This document shows, in pieces, positions 1 through 6,925 of a stretch of 27,252 nt of DNA. Each line of letters begins with the position of its first letter. Positions within the stretch are counted from its first letter, which is position 1. A model generated the notes under the pieces. It saw only the letters and a list, made by a program, of their open reading frames with translations, did no database searches and was not told the origin of the DNA. The translations under genes were made by a program, and so were the position numbers. The stretch spans positions 62,001-89,252 of the forward strand of contig CAXGAI010000017.1 in the NCBI GenBank assembly GCA_964007735.1, given 5' to 3'. The DNA comes from an uncultured Rhodopirellula sp. (GTDB taxonomy: Bacteria; Planctomycetota; Planctomycetia; Pirellulales; Pirellulaceae).

Positions 1-2
1 CT

Positions 3-821
3 ATCGCCAGCGGCGCTCAGGAAACCTGTGACTGTGTTCAACTCTTCACTAAGAACAATAACCAGTGGAAAGCAAAGCTGATTACGGACGAAGATGTTGA
101 GCGATTTCATGAACAACTCGATACCCACAATATCACGCATACGTTATCGCACGCATCCTACCTGATTAACATGGGATCTCCGAAAGACGAGCTTTGGAGA
201 AAATCCATCGATGCATTCATCATCGAATTACAACGCGCCGATCAACTACGAATCCCCTACGTTGTTATTCACCCCGGTTCGTTTACCACAAGTACGGAAG
301 CGGAGGGGATAAGTCGAATTGCCGAAGCCTTAAACGAAGTCCATCGTCAGACGAAAGGGATCTCCAGTCAGTGTTTACTGGAAACTACTGCTGGTCAGGG
401 AACCAACCTTGGCTGGAACTTCGAACAACTGGCAGAAATGATTGAACAGTGTCAAAATCCTGATCTCGTCGGCATCTGTGCTGATACATGTCACATGTTT
501 GCAGCAGGATATAATTTGTGTGACGAAGCGTCATACCACGATATCTGGGAAACATTCGATAAGCTGATTGGTCTGGAAAAGATGAAAGCCTTCCATCTCA
601 ACGACAGTAAAAAGGAATTTGCCAGTCGCAAAGATCGGCATGAACATATTGGCCTTGGGCATATGGGCCTCGCCCCTTTCAGATTTCTGGTTAATGATCC
701 TCGGTTCGACGATGTCCCCATGTATCTGGAAACCGCTAAAGGGGATGCGGATGGTGAATACGAGGGAATAAGTTGGGATGCTGCTAATCTGAAGGTACTG
801 CGTGGGCTAATCGAGAGTTAG
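3..821 (+). CDS. nfo: Endonuclease IV (AP endonuclease, deoxyribonuclease IV), 5'-truncated by window edge
   Basis: Frame is open from position 3 (IASGAQETCDCVQLFTKNNNQW...SHASYLINMGSP) into the listed 171..821 ORF. EndoIV zinc-ligand motifs: HASYLIN, VIHPGS, LETTAGQG, DTCHMFAAGY, HLNDSK, DRHEHIG, LET. Confidence 0.95.
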   Translation: MASGAQETCDCVQLFTKNNNQWKAKLITDEDVERFHEQLDTHNITHTLSHASYLINMGSPKDELWRKSIDAFIIELQRADQLRIPYVVIHPGSFTTSTEAEGISRIAEALNEVHRQTKGISSQCLLETTAGQGTNLGWNFEQLAEMIEQCQNPDLVGICADTCHMFAAGYNLCDEASYHDIWETFDKLIGLEKMKAFHLNDSKKEFASRKDRHEHIGLGHMGLAPFRFLVNDPRFDDVPMYLETAKGDADGEYEGISWDAANLKVLRGLIES

Positions 822-904
822 TTGATTACCCTTTAACGAATACAGCCCCTATAATTCAGTTAGTAAAAACCACACTGCCCTCCCTAGCATAAGTAGAGTC
901 TGTC

Positions 905-1201
905 ATGCCCTCCTCAGTCAAAGTTGCTACGTTTTTCAGCCAAACTGAAGCGCTCATCGCAGCAGAATACTTGCGTGCCAACGGACTCGTCACCACGGTG
1001 ATGGGTGATGACGCCGGCGGAGCCTTTTCGGGAATTACACTGAGTAAAGGGTTTCGGCTTTATGTTCCAGCAGCCGACGAAGCGATTGCTATCGAATTAC
1101 TCGAAACCCCTCCTCCCACCAACGAGGGCGGAGGAAATGAAGATACAGCAGCAGAATCTTCAGAGCAGGATGATCAAGATATTAGTCAAGCCGAATACTA
1201 A
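905..1201 (+). CDS. DUF2007-like putative signal-transducing small protein with acidic tail
   Basis: Pattern VATF...EALIAAEYLRANGL...DD.GG......GFRLYVPAADEAIAIELL resembles DUF2007. The C-terminus is acidic and low-complexity. Confidence 0.7.
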   Translation: MPSSVKVATFFSQTEALIAAEYLRANGLVTTVMGDDAGGAFSGITLSKGFRLYVPAADEAIAIELLETPPPTNEGGGNEDTAAESSEQDDQDISQAEY

Positions 1202-2696
1202 TATCATCTGCTTCCTCGTGATTGAAGCGATGTTCTGCTGACTGCCCGTCGGATTTTGTGATGGCAACAACCCACGTTTGTGAATCATTCTCTCGCGCAC
1301 CGACTGTTACTTTGTCGCCAACAGCAACGGGATCGACAATCAACTCCCCGACACTCACGACTTCTCCGGTATGACCTTCTCGCAAAATAGCAAGTGTCAT
1401 TATTTCACCTGAAACAAGGTGTTCGAAGTCTTCAGGAATTTCAGCACCGTGAGGGTCTGTCAAAGGGTGGCCGAGTTTATCATCGAGGTAATCAACAGCC
1501 TCTTCATCATGGAGATGCTCCAGGACATGGGCTCTTTCATGAAGCTCTTCTTCGGCAACTCCCAGATGTTGCAAATAGGTTTCCCACAAACGGTGTGCTC
1601 TTAACAATCGGCGAGCATGTATACGCCCTTGATCCGTAAACGAGACCATACCTTCTTCAAAACACAACCATTCCTGCCTCACCATGGAATTGACTGCTTT
1701 ACGAATCCGATCGGATTTATATTCCGTATGCTGCATCAAATCATCGATGCCGCAACGCTCCTTTTCTGCACGCAAAATCACGCCAAGAATATCTTCCACA
1801 ACTTGCTGGGGGATCGCCTTCATACGCCGTTGAAAATCGGCTAACAGGCCGTACCGAGGAGCCACAAGAAATACCAACAGGAACTGTGCTGTTAACACCA
1901 CCACAATCATTGCACCTGGGGCGACGTCAAATCTTTCGGAAAGAAAATAACCGATCAGAAACCCTGTCCAGCCGAAAACAGATGAGACCCAAAGCATATT
2001 CTTGAGCCGGTCACAAAGCAAATAAGCCGTTGCGCCAGGGGCAATCAGTAAGCCAACGACCTGAATAACACCGACAACCTGAACCCCTGTAACCACTACC
2101 ATCGCAGTACAGGTCGTTAACATGTAATCCAACAGGATAACATTCATTCCGAGCGATGCCGCCATAACTCTGTCAAATGTAACCAACTGTAAACTACGAA
2201 ACATTAATACGATAAAGGACAGGACAACCACCGACACGATGGCCATCATCCACAAGTCCTGATCACTAACCCCCAACAACTGTCCCACGATAAAGTGCAA
2301 CAAGTCGATGTGGACATACTGGCTAAAGACAGAGACCAGAACGCCGCCAAATGCAAAGATGCCGGTATACATAATCCCGATCACAGCATCTTCTTTGACA
2401 CGCGAAAACCTTGACACAAACCCGATCATGGCGACCGTAATAATGCCGGAAATGATCGATCCAATAAGCATGGCCGGAGCATGCGCTTCCTTGCCAAAGA
2501 CAAGCTTCATAAACAGATAACCAACGACCACACCAGCCAGCATGGAGTGAGCTAAAGCATCGGCCAGAAATGAGGTGCGTTTCAAGACAATAAAACAGCC
2601 AATAACACTGCAAACCGTCGTCACGAGTAGGCCTGTAAGCAACGCCTTGAGTAAGTGAGGACTACCAAAATGGAGATCGACAAGCCAATCGTACAT
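1182..2696 (-). CDS. Mn/Zn/Fe ABC transporter permease (ABC-3 family) fused to C-terminal DtxR/MntR-like and FeoA/SH3-like domains
   Basis: Residues ~1-285 are a multi-TM ABC-3 permease (DALAHSMLAGV, EDAVIG, TFDRVMAASLG, LLIAPGATA). Residues ~295-504 are DtxR-like: EDIL, HRLWETYL, LHERAHVLEH, LGHPLTDPHGAEIP. Confidence 0.92.
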   Translation of the reverse strand: MYDWLVDLHFGSPHLLKALLTGLLVTTVCSVIGCFIVLKRTSFLADALAHSMLAGVVVGYLFMKLVFGKEAHAPAMLIGSIISGIITVAMIGFVSRFSRVKEDAVIGIMYTGIFAFGGVLVSVFSQYVHIDLLHFIVGQLLGVSDQDLWMMAIVSVVVLSFIVLMFRSLQLVTFDRVMAASLGMNVILLDYMLTTCTAMVVVTGVQVVGVIQVVGLLIAPGATAYLLCDRLKNMLWVSSVFGWTGFLIGYFLSERFDVAPGAMIVVVLTAQFLLVFLVAPRYGLLADFQRRMKAIPQQVVEDILGVILRAEKERCGIDDLMQHTEYKSDRIRKAVNSMVRQEWLCFEEGMVSFTDQGRIHARRLLRAHRLWETYLQHLGVAEEELHERAHVLEHLHDEEAVDYLDDKLGHPLTDPHGAEIPEDFEHLVSGEIMTLAILREGHTGEVVSVGELIVDPVAVGDKVTVGARENDSQTWVVAITKSDGQSAEHRFNHEEADDISIRLD

Positions 2697-3466
2697 TACG
2701 CATCACCTTCCGTCGATTTGTCACGCTGAAGATTTGCAAAAATCCGCAATGTCCCCTCGTAAACTTCACTCAACAATTCAGGGTGCAATACCTGACGGGG
2801 AGTTCCAAAAGCGAACAACCGCTGTTTCAAAAGAACAAGTGAGTCAAAGTATTCTGACGCCGTTGCTAAATCATGATGCACAACTACCAGGGTTCGTCCG
2901 GTTTCGCGAGTTGATTCGAGAACGTCCAAAATCGCCTTTTCCGTGGCCGCATCCACCCCGGCAAAAGGCTCATCCAATAACAGAATATCGCCTCCCTGAG
3001 CGATCGCTCGAGCCATAAAAACACGTTGCTGTTGACCGCCGGACAATTGCCCGATTTGACGGTTACGCAAATCCGCCATGCGGACCTGCTCCAATGCATG
3101 ATCAGCAAGATCACGATCTTCGGCTGACAGTTCTTTCCACCAACGCTGCTTACCATACCGCCCCATCAAGGCAACTTCCCGAACCGTGATCGGGAAATCC
3201 CAGTCGACGCTACCTCGTTGCGGTACATAGGCTACTCGGCCCTTTGCTTTTTCGGCATCCTCACCAAAAAGCAGGACTTCGCCAAAGTCCGGCTTCACAA
3301 ATCCCAGAAGTGACTTGAGCAGAGTCGACTTACCCGAACCGTTGGGCCCAATTATTCCCACCAACTGGCCTGGATTAATGGCCAGCGACACATCCAGCAA
3401 TGCCGGAACCGGGCCGTAACTGACCGTCAGGTTCTTAACTTCGATGGCGGGTAATTCCTGGCTCAT
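2696..3466 (-). CDS. Metal (Mn/Zn/Fe) ABC transporter ATP-binding protein
   Basis: Walker A GPNGSGKST, YVPQR Q-loop, DWDFPITV, signature LSGGQQQR, Walker B LLLDEP, switch VHHDL. ATG at 3466 preferred over TTG at 3478. Stop overlaps the permease start (TAATG). Confidence 0.95.
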   Translation of the reverse strand: MSQELPAIEVKNLTVSYGPVPALLDVSLAINPGQLVGIIGPNGSGKSTLLKSLLGFVKPDFGEVLLFGEDAEKAKGRVAYVPQRGSVDWDFPITVREVALMGRYGKQRWWKELSAEDRDLADHALEQVRMADLRNRQIGQLSGGQQQRVFMARAIAQGGDILLLDEPFAGVDAATEKAILDVLESTRETGRTLVVVHHDLATASEYFDSLVLLKQRLFAFGTPRQVLHPELLSEVYEGTLRIFANLQRDKSTEGDA

Positions 3467-3487
3467 AGCTCTCAACAATTTATTGAA

Positions 3488-4159
3488 TTAGTGATCGTGA
3501 TCGTCTTGCTCGCCGGGATCCGTGGAAACAGAGTCGTTAGTTTCGGGGATATCCAGCACAATGACGCTGCTAATGGTCTCGCCGGGTTCCGACCACAATG
3601 TTTTTTCCACAAGCACCGAAAGACCGTCAAGAATTCGCACTCGAATTGCTTTCGCCACGCCTTGCTTCTGACGATTCTTTTCGGAGGCCTCACCAATCCC
3701 AAAAGACTGGGCCGAGTCTGCAGGCACAGGACTATCATTTTCAAACCCGGCTGCCGCAAAGGGGTCCTGTGCGTCAACTTCAGAAGAAGTTGAGCTATCC
3801 CCCGTGCCAACCTGAATGAACAGTTCATTCAGGCCGACGATGAGATCTTTAACGGGATGAATTTTAACCGGTACACCTGCTGGCAAGGGCGTCGTCTTTT
3901 CCAGAAGGTCTTTACCGTCAAGCCGAACGAGCAAAGCCGTCGGATCAAAAGCATCCCCACGTGCTTCAAATGAAAGTGTGACTTCAACAGTATAGTCACC
4001 TCGGGCTGCGAGCGTCACAAACTCAGAGACATCGCGTTTAGGAAGCGTATTTACAAAGATCTGATAGCCACCCACTAGACCACAAACCACAAGGCTAATA
4101 GTTATCGCAAGGATTGGCCTAATAGGCACTCCACCGCCTTTTGATTTAGATTCCACCAT
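3488..4159 (-). CDS. Hypothetical membrane-anchored protein inside the metal ABC operon
   Basis: 223-aa ORF, co-oriented, with ~20-bp gaps to both neighbours. One N-terminal hydrophobic helix (ILAITISLVVCGLVGGYQIFV), a beta-rich body, an acidic insert and a C-terminal DDHDH. Confidence 0.8.
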   Translation of the reverse strand: MVESKSKGGGVPIRPILAITISLVVCGLVGGYQIFVNTLPKRDVSEFVTLAARGDYTVEVTLSFEARGDAFDPTALLVRLDGKDLLEKTTPLPAGVPVKIHPVKDLIVGLNELFIQVGTGDSSTSSEVDAQDPFAAAGFENDSPVPADSAQSFGIGEASEKNRQKQGVAKAIRVRILDGLSVLVEKTLWSEPGETISSVIVLDIPETNDSVSTDPGEQDDHDH

Positions 4160-4182
4160 CTATGTCGTCTGTTAAGTTGCCC

Positions 4183-5091
4183 TTATTTCAAACCGCTAAC
4201 GATCTTAATGACGTTTTCTCGCATCATACCGAAGTATTTTTCCGCAACAGAACCTTCTGGGCCCATCGAGTCTGCATAAAGTGCGCCCGCGACTGTCACG
4301 CCGGCGTCCCTGGCAATTTGACGTACGACTTGAGGATTGACCGATGTTTCCACAAAGATCGCTTTCACTTTATAACTTCGGATCGACGCAACTACCTCAG
4401 CCCGACGCTGCGGCGTAATACCAGCCCCGATTTCATCCCCCGTACTCCAACCAGCAGGAGCAGCACTTTTAAACCCGTAAGTCGTTGCAAAATACTGAAA
4501 AGCATCATGGTGACTAATCAACACTCGTTTAGCACGAGGTACTTTGTTGACTTCCTTTTGAATCCATGCGTGCAGACTACGTAGTTGTGTCACATAGTAA
4601 TCAGACCGAGCATCATATTCTGCGGCATGTTCAGGATCCACCTTCTTTAGGCCTTCAGTGATGTTACGTACATAGATGGCTGCATTGATCGGGCTTAACC
4701 AAGCGTGAGGATCTTCAACAATGGTTCCGTCTTCATCAAAATCAAGTGGTTTGACACCTGTGACACAAGTGACGAGAGGTTTGTTAGCATCCTTAGCCAA
4801 GTTGAGCATCCAGTCATGCCCTTCGAGGTGCCAGCCATTTTGGATGCAAACATCAGCCTCTGCCACCAACCGGCTATCTCCAGGTTTTATTTCATATGTA
4901 TGAGGGTCTTGGCCCGGTGCGAGAACACAATTTACCTGCCAGCGATCCCCACCTATTTCACGTGTAAAGTCTGCTACCTGTGTTGTGCTGCACACCGCGA
5001 GAAACTTCTCGCTGCCATCTTCCTGACCAAAGATCGGGCCGGTAATTACCGCCATAGTTGCCAAACATAAAAGCAGTGTTGTTCGAATCAT
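4183..5091 (-). CDS. Metal ABC transporter substrate-binding protein (TroA/PsaA/ZnuA, cluster A-I)
   Basis: Signal peptide; GQDPHTYE, DPHAWLSP, HDAFQYF, IFVETSVNP and LYADSMG motifs. Candidate ligands are His/His/His/Asp, as in TroA. Confidence 0.95.
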   Translation of the reverse strand: MIRTTLLLCLATMAVITGPIFGQEDGSEKFLAVCSTTQVADFTREIGGDRWQVNCVLAPGQDPHTYEIKPGDSRLVAEADVCIQNGWHLEGHDWMLNLAKDANKPLVTCVTGVKPLDFDEDGTIVEDPHAWLSPINAAIYVRNITEGLKKVDPEHAAEYDARSDYYVTQLRSLHAWIQKEVNKVPRAKRVLISHHDAFQYFATTYGFKSAAPAGWSTGDEIGAGITPQRRAEVVASIRSYKVKAIFVETSVNPQVVRQIARDAGVTVAGALYADSMGPEGSVAEKYFGMMRENVIKIVSGLK

Positions 5092-5124
5092 CTGTTTTAC
5101 TTCTTCTTATCCTGCATGAATGAA

Positions 5125-5162
5125 AAAACAGCATTTTTTGATGAATCAAAAAATGCTGTTTT
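5125..5162. promoter_or_regulatory. Perfect 18-bp inverted repeat, candidate metalloregulator operator (site 1)
   Basis: AAAACAGCATTTTTTGAT-GA-ATCAAAAAATGCTGTTTT lies immediately downstream of a predicted minus-strand -10 box. Its core 5135-5152 matches 6212-6229 at 16/18 positions. Confidence 0.7.
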
Positions 5163-5163
5163 C

Positions 5164-5193
5164 AGTGTAATCTGGCTGATTTAGAAGTGTCAA
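5164..5193 (-). promoter_or_regulatory. Predicted sigma70-type internal promoter for the binding-protein gene
   Basis: Minus strand TTGACA (5193-5188), 18-nt spacer, TACACT (5169-5164); -10 box about 70 bp upstream of the ATG at 5091. Confidence 0.6.
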
Positions 5194-5250
5194 CTCGCTA
5201 TTTATTAATCGCCTTAAATAGCCTGTTAAACTTTTGAAATAAGGGCTCTA

Positions 5251-6126
5251 TTAATACCTGAAAATCAAACCTGTCCCAGCAAAGTAGTCGGCTGATTTTT
5301 CGTTCAAGCCGAAGCCTGCCCGGAAGTCTAACTGTAAATTATTATGGAGCAAGTAAGTGAAACCACCGTCCATATAATGTTCAACGGGGGCTGAATCAGC
5401 TCCGTCGGGAATCAGGCAGAACCATTCATAGTAACCTCCAAGTTTCTCCGAAAAAGTTTTGCCAATGGCCAGTGACTGTGAAAACTCTGAATAAGGTCGC
5501 ATAGTTTGAGCATCCATTGCTCGGTTCCATTGTGTCTGTCCCGCGAGAGACCAGTCGTTATCCAAAGCCCACGAATAGATATAATTAAATCCGGGCAATG
5601 CTTCACCGGCACTAAATGCGTCATCTCCGGATGCCACTGTTGTTTGCAATACTAAGGCCGTCTCGGGCAGGATTCCATCCTGCGGCGTCAGACCAATCTT
5701 AAATCCTAAGTACAGGTCTTCCCCACCTGAGGTGGTTGTCCTTGTTTCTGTGGATTCCGTTGCTTCAAATACGTCTCCAAAGTTGTATGCTATTCGCAAT
5801 TCCAACCAATCGGCATAGATCCCGACACGCCAGAGCATTTCAGGGTATGAGTGGCTTTTGGTCTGAGTCGTACCATCATTGTCAAAGGTATACGTGTACC
5901 CCATCTCAACCTGCTTTACGCCCAAACCAACCGTGGTGGAGGATTCCGTAAAGTCGGGACGATCACCAATTAATGGTTGGTCCATCGATGACGGCCCACC
6001 TACCGCATCACTGCCATTCCAGCTAAACAAGGTTTTCTGGTCTTTTAACCCCTGAGCAGAAACGGTATCTAACGTTCCGACACACAATACCAGAAATAAT
6101 AGCAGCCTAACTGGTTTAATAATCAC
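5251..6126 (-). CDS. Outer-membrane beta-barrel 'transporter' (Phenol_MetA_deg/COG4313-like)
   Basis: Signal peptide, DRPDFTES motif near the N-terminus, alternating amphipathic strands, NLQLDFRAGFGL and an aromatic C-terminal residue (LIFRY). Confidence 0.8.
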   Translation of the reverse strand: MIIKPVRLLLFLVLCVGTLDTVSAQGLKDQKTLFSWNGSDAVGGPSSMDQPLIGDRPDFTESSTTVGLGVKQVEMGYTYTFDNDGTTQTKSHSYPEMLWRVGIYADWLELRIAYNFGDVFEATESTETRTTTSGGEDLYLGFKIGLTPQDGILPETALVLQTTVASGDDAFSAGEALPGFNYIYSWALDNDWSLAGQTQWNRAMDAQTMRPYSEFSQSLAIGKTFSEKLGGYYEWFCLIPDGADSAPVEHYMDGGFTYLLHNNLQLDFRAGFGLNEKSADYFAGTGLIFRY

Positions 6127-6179
6127 TAGTCCGATTCCTTTTTAATCTAGACAATACCCAACACTACGATTGTCGGTAA

Positions 6180-6209
6180 AATATATCTAGGTATGTCTAA
6201 CTTCGGCAA
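6180..6209 (-). promoter_or_regulatory. Predicted sigma70-type promoter of the metal cluster with an imperfect palindrome in the spacer
   Basis: Minus strand TTGCCG (6209-6204), 18-nt spacer, TATATT (6185-6180). The spacer contains TTAGACATACCTAG (6200-6187). Confidence 0.45.
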
Positions 6210-6233
6210 TGTTTTTGGTTAATCAAAAACATT
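6208..6233. promoter_or_regulatory. Inverted repeat, candidate metalloregulator operator (site 2)
   Basis: AATGTTTTTG-GTTAAT-CAAAAACATT with perfect 10-bp arms. Core TTTTTGGTTAATCAAAAA versus TTTTTGATGAATCAAAAA at site 1. Confidence 0.65.
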
Positions 6234-6357
6234 CGTTCGGGCTACAAGCAATTTTGACTCTTTGCTCAGAATAACGGCCGGATAAGCAGCATAACCGAAA
6301 CAAATCTTTACATTCCTTACAATCGTTACAATCGAATTCCCTGATTCTGGGAAAACC

Positions 6358-6918
6358 ATGTCACTTACCTATTTCAAGCGGTATCAAATGGAGCTGGATC
6401 TGCAGTTCTTCGATATTCCATCGCCGGAGTTATCGCCGGGTTATCGTTTCGTGCCATGGTCCGAGGCCGATTTAGACAAACATGCCGATATCAAATACCA
6501 AAGCTTCTGCAATGAAATTGACGCCAACGTTTTCAGTTGTTTTCGTGAATTAGAAGGTTGCCAACGCTTATTGCGCGAAATCACTTCTCGCAACAATTTT
6601 CTGCCAGATGCTACCTGGCTGCTTGTCTACGACTGTCCGCAAAGTGAAACACCAACCACCGTGGGAACCATTCAGGCATTAGTTGACGTTCAGCAACGGG
6701 GGGCTATCCAAAATATCGGGATCCATCCTGCCCACCGAGACCAGGGTCTCGGCAGCTCACTGCTCTTTAAATCGCTTGCTTTTATTAAAGCACGTGGTTT
6801 GCAACGTGTGATACTTGAAGTGACGTCTCAAAACGTGGGGGCCCTCCGGTTGTACAAACGGCTGGGTTTCCGCATCATTAAAACTGTATACAAACCCTCA
6901 CCGATCATCACCTATTGA
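6358..6918 (+). CDS. GNAT family N-acetyltransferase
   Basis: Acetyl-CoA binding motif A IQNIGIHPAHRDQGLGSSLL and motif B LEVTSQNVGALRLYKRLGF. Confidence 0.9.
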   Translation: MSLTYFKRYQMELDLQFFDIPSPELSPGYRFVPWSEADLDKHADIKYQSFCNEIDANVFSCFRELEGCQRLLREITSRNNFLPDATWLLVYDCPQSETPTTVGTIQALVDVQQRGAIQNIGIHPAHRDQGLGSSLLFKSLAFIKARGLQRVILEVTSQNVGALRLYKRLGFRIIKTVYKPSPIITY

Positions 6919-6925
6919 TTTATTA

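Noticed and set aside
171..173. ATG at 171 as the start of nfo
   Set aside because: The frame is open to the window edge and encodes conserved EndoIV N-terminal motifs (QLFTKN, HASYLIN).
5125..5162. Inverted repeat as an intrinsic terminator for the barrel gene
   Set aside because: The stem is AT-rich with a 2-nt loop, it lies just downstream of a good promoter, and its core recurs at 6212-6229, so an operator fits better. A dual role is not excluded.
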